Shown here: piece by piece, positions 19,268-34,435 of the stretch
Numbering within the stretch: the stretch's first letter is position 1
Layout: each line of letters opens with the position of its first letter
NCBI RefSeq assembly: GCF_009914755.1
Contig: NC_060930.1
Length of the DNA: 64,000 nucleotides
Reading direction: 5' to 3' (one strand)
DNA from: the human T2T-CHM13v2.0 reference genome, Homo sapiens
Notes under the pieces: model-generated
Told to the model about the DNA's origin: nothing
Seen by the model: the letters and a program-made list of their open reading frames with translations, nothing else
Database searches by the model: none
Made by a program: the position numbers and the translations under genes

Positions 19268-19815
19268 ACAATGAGAACACTTGGACACAGGAAGGGGAAC
19301 ATCACACACTGGGTCCTGTTGTGGGGTGGGGAGAGGTGGGAGGGATAGCATTAGGAGAAATACCTAATGTAAATGACGAGTTAATGGGTGCAGCACACCA
19401 ACATGGCAAATGTATACATACGTAACAAACCTGCACGTTGTGCACATGTAACCTAGAACTTAAAGTATAATAAAAAAAGATATCAAAAACAAGTAAGTAA
19501 CTCAATAAATACATAAAGAGAAAGAAAAAAATAATAATATGGGAGCAATGCCACGGTGCTGTATTCTCACTATTTAGAGTGTGTTGGTGACATATTGTGC
19601 GTGTATAATAGCCACATGTACTCATATAGTCCTTGAACTATTGGGATCACTGCTGATATTTTAAAGTATTGGAGGTACCTTTTTATCTTGAAAAAATATA
19701 ATATTTTTGAAAAACTTAAAAAAAACAAAAAAACCCAAAAATAGCTACATAAACTACACACACACATCTGCCATGTCATTTCTCACAGGTGACCATGAAA
19801 AAGTAACAAACTTAC

Positions 19816-19881
19816 TGGATTCAAGCAGGCTCCATAAAGCTTTACAATATTAGGATGGTTCACACGGGATAACTGCCGAAG
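19816..19881 (-). CDS. MAP3K7: TAK1 exon 3 (aa 78-99)
   Basis: 66 nt, [22 protein letters not shown]; acceptor AACAG, donor GTAAGT; too short for the ORF track. Confidence 0.97.
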
Positions 19882-20299
19882 CTGTTAAGAAATTAAGGTT
19901 TCTTTTAAAAAGTGATAACTTTTGAAGTACTGATTTCACAGTATCATTAAAATCTTACTGTTGTACAAAACATTTGTTTAAATCATTCAACAATCACTAT
20001 TTACTATGTAACAGGCATTGTAATCATAGTCACTGAAAATACCAAGTGACTGCCCAGAATGGCACAGAATCCCTGTTCTCCAGCTCATAGAGTTTAGCTG
20101 GAGAGATAGACATCTAAACAAATAATTAAATCAATGTGCAAAGTGCTATAACAGGAGTTATGAACAAGGCACGATGAGTATATAGAATAAGAAGAGATGA
20201 ACTCTGCCAAGAAATGTTAGGATATGATCCCAGAGATGGTACTGAGCTGCATTATCCAAACCAGACGTCATGCTATCATTGTTATCATCTTCATAGCTA

Positions 20300-20510
20300 T
20301 AGTTGAACAGTCTAGCTACTCTGCGTGGGGCCCTAATGTGCACTTTATAGATATTGTATAATTATCACAACTCCGCAAGGTAGGTATTATCATTTCCATT
20401 TTAAAGATGAGATTTTAACCTCAAGTCTCAGAGAGGGTTGAATGACCTGTTCTATAGCTAAGAAGTGGGGTGTGAACTTTAGTCTATCTGACTTAAAATG
20501 TGCACTCCCT
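20300..20510 (-). mobile_element. MIR
   Basis: GTAGGTATTATCATTTCCATTTTAAAGATGAG core. Confidence 0.65.
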
Positions 20511-20734
20511 CTGTATACTTGCCTCCATTCCATTTCTCATTTCTTGAATTAATTCTCTCCTCTCCATTCCCACTGCCATTGCCTTAGTAATCCCAACCTG
20601 AACTGCTGCAGTGATCATTATAGCCTACTAGCTGGTTTCCCTCTTTCAGTTTTAATCATCCCTCATCCAATGATCCATACAGAGGTCAATGAGGGGTTTG
20701 GCTATACTCACTTCTCTTATTCTAGATCTCAAAC

Positions 20735-21030
20735 TTCTTTCTTTCTTTCTTTCTTTTGAGACAGGTTTTGCTCTGTTACCCATGCTGCAGTGCAGTGGTA
20801 CAATCTTGGGTCACTGCAACCTCTGCCTCCTGGACTCATGCAATCCTACCTCAGCCTCTGGAGTAGCTGGGACTACAGGTGCACAGCCACCATGCCTGGT
20901 TAATTTTTGTATTTTTTGTAGAGATGGGGTTTTGCCATGTTGTCCAGACTGATCTCAAACTCCTGGGCTCAAGCAACCCATCTGCCATTCCCAAAGTTCT
21001 GGGATTACAGATGTGAACCATCATGTCTGT
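20735..21030 (-). mobile_element. AluJ-type
   Basis: Diverged dimer with (TTTC)n tail. Confidence 0.85.
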
Positions 21031-22947
21031 CTTCAAACTTCTTTCTATTAATGCATCCCGCTCCACAGCAAACTGCTTCTTGCTCATTCTTTTCTCCCTT
21101 CTCCTCTCTTTTCTGCCCTTTTTCCACTCTTCTTCCTCTTCTCTATTACATACATTATGCTGCTGGCTCATATTCAGTACACTAATGTCTCTAAACCTTC
21201 ATACTGTATGCTAATAAAAAGCTCTATCTATCTAGAGCCAACATGTGTGGATTTTTCGTCCAATAGAATTAGTATCACTATTTATTATATTTATTTACTA
21301 TATGAAAATATATTTACTATATTTCATCTTGCTAAGGTTCAGCACTGAGATTCAGATAGCAGATTATACAAGCATTTTTTCCTCCTCTCTCCCTAATTCC
21401 CACTAAGATGGTAAAGATTTGAAAAATTTTAAGGCATAACCTCAGAAGGATGAAGAGAATGCAAAGTGCACAAACAGCATACATTTTTGGAAGCTGGAAA
21501 GCAAATGACTAGCAATAACTGATAGAGCAGACCTAGAAGAGCTGCATCATAAACTGGCAATGAGAAAAATGGAGAAACAACCAGATTTATCTCACAAAGC
21601 TTCCAAAAGGTTGGGGAGTGGCAGCAGAATGAGGTACCTATGCAAATGAGCTAATCAAAGGATAGGGCAGGGGACAGTGTAAAAGACTCAAAGATTCCTT
21701 CCTTGACTTCAAACAGCTCAATGACTATCTCTTATCATCCCAGCAGAAGACTAGAGGTTGATTCTTTAGAGAAGGGGTAATAAACAGCATCTGGACTGGG
21801 GACACCAAACATGAAGGAATGAGCTCAAAGTAGTTGTCTTTGGGAAGCAGAAAATTAGATTGGAGGAGGTACAGGAGACTGAAGTCTTTTTTACTAAGAA
21901 TTTTTGGAGAACCATTTGATTTTTTACATTACATGCACATCTCATCTGGATTTAAAAAATTTTCTTCACGCTATTACGATCTTTTTGACTTGTGATTCCT
22001 AATGTTTAACACATATGCTATTTCACCCAGCTTTGTGAAACTGCTAATGTAACAGGAAATGATCAATAGCTTTATCTAAACTGTAATAAAAATATTGCAT
22101 AAAACAAAGCTGAGGCTAGACTCCTAGAACATATTACTAGAAATCATCTTTCTTCATGCTGACATCAAATCACTTATCAGCATTTCTCAACTCATTCAGC
22201 CACTTACAAATCACTTTCTCATATCACAATTAAGTCCTCATTTTTCCATGTTATACATTAAAAATATGAAGTATATTTTGAAATTATGATTAAATGAAAA
22301 AACAGAGATATAAATTCAGAAGGCTTATAAGGTACAGGCCACTTATCCATTGGCCAATGAGGTTTAATAGTGATAAAAACATTGATTTAACTAAATAATG
22401 TGATCCAAAATACAAAATAACAAAGTTAGTAAAGGATAAATTTGATAATATGCTAATTTCATGATTATTGGATTTTCTTTCATCATTCAATCTAATCTAT
22501 TTCTAAAAGAATAGGTGCAAATTTTCATGCTAAATGAGAAAAATCAAATTTGAAATAATTTTTCTTTAAAATAATCTGAGTTTCTAAAAACATTCCATTT
22601 AAAGTAAGTGTATAAAATTTCTTAATTTTAGATAATGGGAAAGCATACCATTTCTTTTCTATTTTAAAATTAAAATATTACGCCTTGAAATAGATCTGAA
22701 TTCCATGGATGAAACTGTTTTAATTCAGGGGTGAATTCATTTATGTAGTTAAGTCGCTTTTCCCCTAATTTTTAATCAGAATTAAGAGTATGAACGAGAA
22801 AATGTTCCTATGGCAGTACCTTTGATTAAACCGAATTGCTGATGTTCATGTATACAAAGAAATGACATCTGAGAAACCAATCTTTTTCATATATTAAATT
22901 CACAGAGTATCTTAAGTGCAGAACTACACAAAAGAAATGAAATCTCA

Positions 22948-23157
<210 letters not shown>

Positions 23158-23559
23158 TTAAGACTTTAAATTAAAAAAAAAAAAACATGGAAATCAACAG
23201 TATCTGGATTTGCCACTGAACAAGTATGAATTTTTGTTAAAGTGAGAAGATAATTAAATGCATGCTTGTCTCTATCTTTGAAAGTTTATGATCTGTACAC
23301 CCTTTCATTCTCAAGTAAAACCAAAAAAGACACATGGAGGAACAAAGTAAAGTGATTTGTTAAATGGAGAAAAAAAAACTAAAACAGACAAGATGAATGA
23401 GAAGACAGAAGATGATATGGAAAAACAAAAAGCAGGAACATATAATAAATATTTTCAGCTATCATATTTAAGAAATTAAAAATAGCCTTTGAATAATTCA
23501 ACAGGGATAGGGAATGGAGGAGAAACGATATAAATATAGATGTTAAAAGACCGGCTATG

Positions 23560-24100
23560 AAGGACAGACAAAATATAGTATTATTTATTCCATGGAATTT
23601 TATTCCGCAAGAAAAACTATTGATATATGTTACTTACGATATGAACTCCAAAAACATTATGCTAAGTCAAAGAAGTCAGACACCAGAGACCACATATTGT
23701 ATGATTCCATTTATACAAAATGTTCAGAAAAGGCAAATCTATAGATAGATACCTGGGTCCGAGGGTGAAAATTAGAATTAACAGTAAATGAGTAGCTGGT
23801 ATCCTGACAAAGTGATGAAATTATTAAAAAAAAAAAAACCAAAAACCTAATTTATGGTGGTGGCTGACAACCTGGTAAATTTGCAAAACCCACCAAATTG
23901 TACACTTCAAATGGGTGAATTTTATGATGTGTAAAATAGATCTCATTACAGTTATTTTTCAAAAGTCATAAAAATAAAGATCAGACATGTATCATACTAT
24001 TGTTGAAGCCAACTGATGAATACTGCATGGGTTCATTGCTCTCTCATGGAGTCCTATTTTTACAAATATTTGACATTTTTCATAATATAAAAAAAGAAAA
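23560..24100 (+). mobile_element. Ancient L1M 3' fragment
   Basis: CATTATGCTAAGTCAAAGAAGTCAGAC...TGTATGATTCCATTTATAC. Confidence 0.65.
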
Positions 24101-24269
24101 CAAAAATAGCTTTTGATACTTGTTAGAATAAAATCATTAGATTTTATCATTGTGAAAGGACCTTAGTTAAGCACCACCTACTCCAATCTCTCAGCTTCCA
24201 ATGAACCTAAGCACTTTGTATCAAGGCCTTTTTCTTTAGCAAAAAATCTGCATCTCTTAACCATATTTA

Positions 24270-24460
24270 TATGTACTTTCTATGCAGCAGGCACTTAACT
24301 AATGCTTTATATACATTACCTCATTTACACAGGCCTAGAGGAAGGTACTAATGCTGTCCTCATTTTACAGTTGAAGTGCCTAGCTTTAAAGAAGTAAAAC
24401 TTGCCCAAGGCTATATAGCTAGCAAGTGTTAAAGTGCAGTCTGATGCCAGGTAGTCTAAC
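24270..24460 (-). mobile_element. MIR
   Basis: CCTCATTTTACAGTTGA...CTTGCCCAAGG core. Confidence 0.65.
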
Positions 24461-25269
24461 ACGGGAATGTTACCAGTCCTAATTTGTAACATATATAAAG
24501 CCCCATGTCGGGAAGTAGAAGTTAGTATCTTCCCTTGGAGGAACTTTTACTTTAGACTTACATGAACAAATTCCTGGCACAAAACTCTTCTATAACAAAG
24601 TTGACTATAACTAGGTTGATCAAATGAGTTATTATCTAACTGAGGGCACTTTGGAGATCAAAAAAAGGGCATTAATAATAATAATATTAGGACACTAGTT
24701 GTAAACTGCGATGTGTATGACCACTCTAGCCATAGCTTAAATTCCACTTCATGTATCAATAAGGCAGAATGAACATTTACCATGTTGTTCAATGTCTAAA
24801 GCTACTCAAATGGTTAACATTTATTGAATGTTTACTATGTGCCAGGTACTATTCTATGTGCTTCTCATACATTAACACATTTAATCCTCTTCCATTTAAA
24901 AGGGAGGCAAATGGAGTCACATGGTTGTAACTTGCCCAAGATTGGATGGTCAGAAAATATTCAGAGAAGCCAGAATTTGAAGCCTAGAGCACCTAATGAT
25001 GAACATACTCTATATTCAGCTTCTGTTCATCAGTGGCTTAAAGGAAATGGGGCTGCCTCTAGGCAAAATTTCAAAGTAGGCCAACTTCTCTGGTAGCTAG
25101 TCTTTGTTTTGTTGACTTCCCATTTCACTCGTCCTAGCCCTGGGCACTCAGTGTTCTGTGGTTTAGGTTCTTGTTCTCCTTCACAATTCTCATCAGACAT
25201 TTGTACTTGCCATTCAGTTACTTTATTGTGAATAGAGGGTACTGGCTACCTGGTACCATTAGAATAAAT

Positions 25270-25500
25270 GAAAGAGCACACCCAGGCTCTGAAATCCAAC
25301 AGACTTGAGTTTGAATGTAGGGCTCTGTCTACCTATTATCTCTTAATGGTGGACAAGTTTGAGTTTCTGTTTTCTCAGCAGTAAAATAGAAGTGCTGACA
25401 TTTTCCTTCATGAATATCTACAGGATTCGTAAGTTAAAACCAGGTATTTCCTCAAATACTACAAAGAACAGTAAGTGCTTGGAATTGGGTATGAATCAGT
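25270..25500 (+). mobile_element. MIR
   Basis: GGCTCTGAAATC...GACTTGAGTTTGAAT...GTTTTCTCAGCAGTAAAAT. Confidence 0.55.
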
Positions 25501-25520
25501 GTAAAGGGCTGTAGTACTCA

Positions 25521-25665
25521 TTTCTTTTCTTTCTTTTTTCTTTTGGGTAGAGATGGGATCCCACTATGTTGCCCAGGTTGGTCCTGAATCCCTGAACTCA
25601 AGTAATCGCCCTGCCTCAGCCTCCCAAAGTGCTGGGATTACAGGTGTGAGCCACTGCACCTGACC
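25521..25665 (-). mobile_element. FLAM / Alu left monomer
   Basis: Single monomer flanked by TGTAGTACTCA repeats. Confidence 0.8.
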
Positions 25666-25996
25666 TGTAGTACTCACTTCTCTTGCAATTAACTAAGATG
25701 AATAGCAAGCAGGTCCTAAAAAAATTTCAACTTTGTGGCAACATTAGTTTAAGAACACAGGCATGGAGACCAGACTTTACCTATTGATATTACTATTAAA
25801 TACGAAATGATTATGAAGTAATTTATTCTTCAACCATGTATTTATAAATACATCACAGCAACTGGTACTTACTAGGAATCCCCTTCTTTCATTTCTTCCA
25901 TTTTGAGGAACGTCCATGCAGGGATTCCAAACATTATCTATATTTGTGAATCACATGTTTGTCATAAAAATTCATTTGACTATTTGTAATTCACAA

Positions 25997-26010
25997 GTGC
26001 CACCTAGTGA
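25997..26010 (-). promoter_or_regulatory. CTCF-like motif
   Basis: rc TCACTAGGTGGCAC versus core CCASYAGRKGGCRS (1 mismatch). Confidence 0.5.
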
Positions 26011-27424
26011 TGAGAGTAGAGCTGATTCTGAGCTTTCAACTTAAAGCCATGGGAACAAAATGTGGTCAAATGAGGACATGAAAAACTTTCTCCTTTTTGC
26101 TCAAGAAAGCAATTTTCTAGAACACCCTGAAATACAAAACAGGCACATTCCTGTAAGATGAGCCCATGGGCTTAAGAAGCCTCCATTCTTATTAGGGCCA
26201 CGAGATATTTCACATGCACAGTGAAATGACAGGATCTAAAGTTATAATAAAGAAAGGTGAAGATGTCCAAGGTTGTACTGACCTGAAATACAGGATAGAA
26301 ATAATAACTGCTGTGAATTCAAAGGAGTGAGATTATAAGCACAGTCAATACTTAAAGAATTAAGTTTGTGTGTATCAAAAATGACTTCCCATTTTTAAAA
26401 ATAGCATAAAGGTAGATACACTGGGGATGAGAAGAAAAAATATATATAAAGAATGGACCCCTGCCTTCATGGAATGAAAGTGCGGTAGAGAAGAAATTTA
26501 AGACTAAATAATAGTACTTAAAAACTTGTAAACACTTACCAGCTGAAGAGAGCCAAAGGTAAGGGCTAATGATGAAGGCTAATAAACTCCTCCCTCCCCC
26601 TTTTCAGGATAGGGTTAGGGTAGGGATTCAACAGCAAAAAAGACTCATACCCTTCTCTTCTCACTTAGATCCCTAAGAGCAGGCATCCTCACAGCATGTG
26701 CTCTGCAAACACCAGAAGCTTCAAAGGAGTAAGGATTGTGGCAAGGAAGACAGACCAAGGGAGGCCCTAACCCGGGTTCCCTCAGCCCCAGTAGAACACG
26801 TAAGGGATAAAGAAAAGCTCTTGTGAAGCAAAAAGCAAGCTAACTGAGAAGTAAGGAGTCTTCTGATTGCAGGAAGGAGGCTGCGGTAGGGCAGAGTGTT
26901 GGGACCTACATTAGAGGTCTGTGGGATGGTAGCTAGCTCAAATACTTAATGAAGAACACAGCTGGGTTTCAGAGGATTAATGAAAGCCAAGGGGAAGGCC
27001 TGGTCAGCAAGCAGGGAGAACTGGGTTAGGTCTTCTGCCTTCAAAGGATGCAAGTGAGGCTTGATGTTGAAAGAATAATGAACTTCGTTTGTTTACTCCT
27101 TAAACCAATATTTCTTTAGTGTGTACTACATCCAGCTACTGTTTGGGACATCAGAAATACAGAAAGAAATAAGACAAAGGCTCTGATCTACACAAATGTA
27201 CTTTCTAGCGTATGTGAAGGGAGGGGAGGAGAAAAGAAAATCGATATACAAACAAAAGATGAGTAAGAAAAAAATCAGACTTTAAAAAAATGCCACATAG
27301 AACAACGACAACAACAAAAAATAGGATGCTATGACCAAGAGACTAGTGGCAGCTCCAGGCTGGGCAGTTTGAAAAGGCCATATAAAGAGGTTACGAATCT
27401 GACATTTGGATGACACAAGGCACC

Positions 27425-28930
<1,506 letters not shown>

Positions 28931-28943
28931 TGAAAGCATATGC

Positions 28944-29114
28944 CAGTGGCTCTAAAAGTGTGGTCTCCGGTTCAGCAGTATCAACATCACCTGGATATTT
29001 ATTAGAAATATAAATTCTCAGGGTGCAACCCAGAATTATAGAGTCTGACGGTAAGGCCAAGCAATCCATGTTTTACCAAGCCCTCCAGGTAGTTTCAATG
29101 TTTGAAAATCACTG
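28944..29114. mobile_element. MER5A-like hAT-Charlie element
   Basis: CAGTGGCTCTAAAAGTGTGGTC...TTTGAAAATCACTG with MER5 internal motifs. Confidence 0.72.
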
Positions 29115-29513
29115 CATTCAAGGCTAATCCATTAACAACAGATAATAAGGCAAGATATTTCAGTGGAAGCCATCACACAGACCAGAGAGCTCTCCCTTGC
29201 TGTTTATATTATTTGTGGAAGCTTTCCACAGCACCCATATGTCATCTTGGGCAGGAGAAAGGGAAAAGGAAAATCCTTATGGGGGAAGACTGAATTTTGA
29301 AATAACCGAATTAATCTTGAAATTTCTGAGTACAAAGATACATAAAAGAGGTAAGTATTACATGGAAATTATCCTTGTTGTGGCAAGATTAAATGCTTTT
29401 CTCTACTGAGTTGAAAAGAGGAATGACTCATAATTAAACAGTAGTTTATAGAAAAATAGTTACATTTCTTAACTTTTAAAAACAAGTAAGAAATACCGGC
29501 AGGAGGACAGGAG

Positions 29514-29827
29514 TTTGTTTTGTTTTGTTTTGTTTGTTTTTTTGAGACAGGGTCTCACTCTGTTGCCCATGCTGGAGTGCAGTGGCGCGATCTCAGCTCA
29601 CTGCAGCCTCTGCCTCTCTGGCTGAAGTGATTCTCCTGCCTCAGCCACCCCAAAGTAGCTGGGATTACAGGCTTGTGCCACCACACCCAGCTAATTTTTG
29701 TATTTTTAGTAGAGTCGGGGTTTTGCCATCTTGTCCAGGCTGGTCTTGAACTCCTGAGCTCAGGCGATCTGCCTGGGTTGGCCTTCCAAAGTGCTGGGAT
29801 TACAGGCGTGAACCACTGCACCTGGCC
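29514..29827 (-). mobile_element. AluJb/Sx-type
   Basis: Full dimer with (GTTTT)n tail; flanked by GACAGGAGTTT. Confidence 0.88.
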
Positions 29828-31731
29828 AGAGACAGGAGTTTTGTGCTTTAAACAAAAAAGAGTATAAGCATATATCCATAAGAGTAGAAGATAGAATAAT
29901 CAGATGATATATACAATGGATAAAGTTGTTTCCTGGTATATTTTGCTCTCCTTCCCCCCATTCTGATATTAGCTCTCTAAGGGAGAAGTCTGAATGGGAA
30001 TTAGAGGTGGCAGAAGGTGCTACGTAGCATAAAAAAAGCTTCCCAGGGCATTCCAATATACTTCTCATTCCTTTCTTCAAGAAATAACATTTTAAAGAAA
30101 TGCAATTTTATTATCTGTATAACGATAATGCAACCTTATATTTAACAATATATTACAACTTGTAAAGCTCTTTCTTACAAATATGATGGAGTTTGAGTGT
30201 CACCATAAACCCATGAATATATAGGATTTTTTATTCCTACCTTAGAGAGAAGAAAACCAAGGCTCCAAGAACTGAAGTTACCTATTCAAGGATCATGTAA
30301 TTAGTAAATCAGAGTCAGCTTTCAGGTATGTTTCATGGTGCCAACAAAACAGAGGCCTGCCAGGATTTGGTCCAGTGCCTGGTACAGAGAAAAATGCTAC
30401 TCAAAGGCAGCAAGTATGATAACTAACAACAATTAACTTTTCAAAAGATTATATTCGAATCAGATTTTAGCTGTTTAGAAGGGGGTTTTAAAAAGCCCTA
30501 ATCTCCTTTAAGAAAAGAGTGAAGTTGGGTTAATAGAAGGCTTGTGTATAAAGGGCTTATGGCAGTCTCCAAAGATGGCTGTCAACAATCCCTTCTCTGC
30601 CTGTCTCTGCTTAAGAGTTCTATTTTAGCCTCCTTCACTGATTCTTCCTTCCTCTGTCCAAACCTTAGATGTTGCTACTTTCCAGGGTTCTGTCCTTGGC
30701 CCTTTTGTTTCTGAATCTGTTCTCTAATCTCATGGATTCATACTCTCAAATCTCTCCCATCCAGGTTTTTTGCCCAAGCTCAAGATATATTTAAAACTGC
30801 CTTTGAGACTAAGGGGTCCTACAGGCTTATTAAGTTCAATATGTCAAATACTGACTCCATTATCAGTCCCTCACTTGTGTATATTGTAGTTTACTTGACC
30901 TTAGTTAAGTAGATTTACAGATATTATCTCATTTTAATTAAGTCAATTCTCACATTTTAGAAAGGTTTTATTTAGAAAGTACTTATTGCAACTTGAGCCA
31001 TGATCAAATGATAGTATGAAACCTTTCATCTCCCATTGTTTAAAAATACCGACTTCATACATACACACTGAAAACTGAGTATACAAAATAGAAAGTGTTT
31101 TGTTTTACCAGTGGGAGACAGACAAACAAAAAATTGTGGACACCACCGCTCCAACAGGAAACGCTGGTTAAGAAAGTTCATTACTGTCTGCACTCCACCT
31201 CTCAGGCTATGTAAAACAGCACTCCACTGACTGGGGAAAATCTTACATGTGTATAGATTTTTAAAAAATATATCACATATTTCTAAGAAAATGTTTCAAA
31301 TGCAAATATCTTGGTAACAAATTTCCTTATTGTATTAATCAAGAACATAAAATCGTGGAGAAGATCAGATGTAGAATAATAGTATGTCTGGACTGCAAAG
31401 GCCAAGCCTAAAAACACATAAGGAGATTATGTACATTATTAGATAAGGAATGAGCCAATGTTACAAACTACAGAAAGCAAATTTGATATTTTTCTTGACA
31501 TATGGTAGATCAACAGAAAAAAAGTGGCATAGATGGCCACTCTTGAGACATACTGGCAACTGAGGTAAACAATGAAAAAACTTAATATTCAAGTTGTAAA
31601 CCACTGAAAGAAGGCCACTTTTTATTTACTACCAAATTTCTAGTCCAAGTTCACAAATCAAACGTGCTTTCTGAACCGTATTCTTTTCTGAATAATACAG
31701 TTTATTTGACACACTGTAATTAACAATTAGG

Positions 31732-31872
31732 TTTTTTGTTTTTTAAAATTTTTTATAGAGACAGGGTCTCACTATGTTGCCCAGACTCGTCTCAAACTCC
31801 TGGCCTCATACAATCTCCCACCTTGGCCTCCCAAAGTGTTGGGATTACAGGTGTGAGCCACCGTACCTAGCC
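31732..31872 (-). mobile_element. FLAM / Alu monomer
   Basis: Single left-arm monomer. Confidence 0.8.
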
Positions 31873-32739
31873 CAACATTATTTTAAATGACTGTTTTTTC
31901 CCCAAAGATGAATTTTCATCAAGAGTAAAAAAGAGAACATATCAAGTTACAAGTATTTCCCCATCACACACATCCAACTAAAATGGTGACATACAAATAA
32001 ATATTTCAGATATTCTTCATAATCCTTCATTTGTAAAAAACAGAGGAATGCAAAAAGGACTTTGGTTTTAAAAGGGAGGTCAATTTGGAAATATTTCCTT
32101 CTAAATTTATGAATGTTTTCTAAATCAAAATGTTTTTGATTAATTACTTTATGATAAGCATTTCTCCCCCTATGGTTGAAACCTCTTTGTTTTGGGTCTA
32201 CAACTTTAGTCTCATACAATTAAGTAGATTTAAATTTAATTTCTTAATAAAAAATACAGAAGAATATGAGATGGTATATAGAACATTTCCATGCAACTAC
32301 TATTGAAAGGCACAAAAACAAAAATCAGGTTTTGTGTGTTTGTGTGTTATTTTTAAAGAAATTCCTTTAAAAATTAATTTCTTTATGATGTAAGATGACT
32401 CCATTCCTTCAGACAAGTCATGTTAAAGAAAACAACCAAACACACACCTAACCTAAATGGAAAAGGATGTATGCCTTTGTGCTCTTAATTTATTATTAAA
32501 TAATTCTTTTAATTGTTCTGAATTCATGTTATTTTTAGTTCAGTGACTACAGCTGTCAGTTTCATTTGGCCCTGTTCTATGAACTATCTGAATGGACCCC
32601 TGGTGATGCTGGCATTGTTCTGGCTGGAAATGCGGAACAAGACAGAACAAGCATAGATCATACATTTATTAGTTAGGACTTGGAGGCTCCAACTATGTTA
32701 GAACTTCAATATCTATTAATAAACTGTGGCAGAGTGGAA

Positions 32740-32753
32740 CTGCCATCTGCTGA
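32740..32753 (-). promoter_or_regulatory. CTCF-like motif
   Basis: rc TCAGCAGATGGCAG versus core (1 mismatch). Confidence 0.5.
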
Positions 32754-34090
32754 CAAGATGGATTTGATAACATAAAAGTAAAGCTTTGATTATTCAAACT
32801 TTCTTCTGAATGTTTCATGCAGTCTTTTAATACCTGCCACAGTACATCTCACCCATTTTCTAGGCTTTTATTTCAAATAATATGCTCATGCTATCTTTTA
32901 AGCTACACGTGTACAATGCAAAAATTATCTCTGTAGCTACCTCTTAACTATAGTAATTCCAGATTTCTACTGAAATCAGTGGTCACTTTCACATGAAAGA
33001 ATGTATTGATTATTTTAGGTATCCATAATTAAATAGTGACTAACAAATCTATGTACTCAGTTTGTTTAGACCACTATAAATTAGGTTTTTCTCTAATACC
33101 AATTCCCCATATATTTATAACTTAAACCTACAAAGTACATATAACTGTTTAAGTTCTATCTATATCTCCTCTTTGTAGCATATTTTAGCTTTTAAAACAA
33201 AACTTTTGTGTGTCTCCTTAACAAAGCTGAAGAATATATACAAATGCTGCAGTAATTTTATGTGTCCAATACTATAGCTTTGTTCCTACACTATAGTTGA
33301 GGTCAGCATTATGGGTCTCCCTTTTCAAAAGCAACCATTGTAAATAGTGTCTTTTTAGCACTCTGTAGTAAAGACCTACCATACGTGGCTTACTCATAGC
33401 ATCTGGCCCTTTACAGCATTTTTTATCCCTGCTAAACAAAAGTATCTGCTAACTATAATAGAGTCGACATTAAAACAAGACTCGGATCTCATTTCTAACG
33501 TGTTGCCTTAGCCAAATCGCATAACTCAGCTCCTATTTTATCACATGTAATATAAGAGAACAAGATGGGCATTTAATTCTTATGATTATGCTGTGATACT
33601 TTCATGTACTCATTGAACAAATATGTATAGAGAACCTTCTAGGTTCTAGGCATTGGGGTTACAAAAGTGAATAAAGCGCCTTACATTTTGCTGAAGGAGA
33701 GACACAATTTCAGTTACTGGTAAGTACCATGAAAGATAATAGAAATGACAAAAGATCTAGGTTGTTCAGGGAATGCTTCTCTAAGGAAGTGTTAATAACA
33801 TTTGAGGTGGGACTTGACTGGTGAGGAGTCAGTCATCTTAAGTTATGGGGGAACAGCGCTTTAGGCAGAGGAACAACTACAAAGAAAATTCATCTTAGTG
33901 ACTTTCCCAACCCACGATGGTCACTTTATTCAAAACCTAGTTTTAAACTTGTCCCTACTCAATGGAACCTTCTGTGATTAACTCTATTTTCAAATTATGG
34001 CTTAAGTGTTTAATTTACACTATATTCAGTTTTAAATTTGTGGTCTATAGTTAACTGTTCTGTGTTTACTCCAGTCTGATATCATACTAA

Positions 34091-34435
<345 letters not shown>

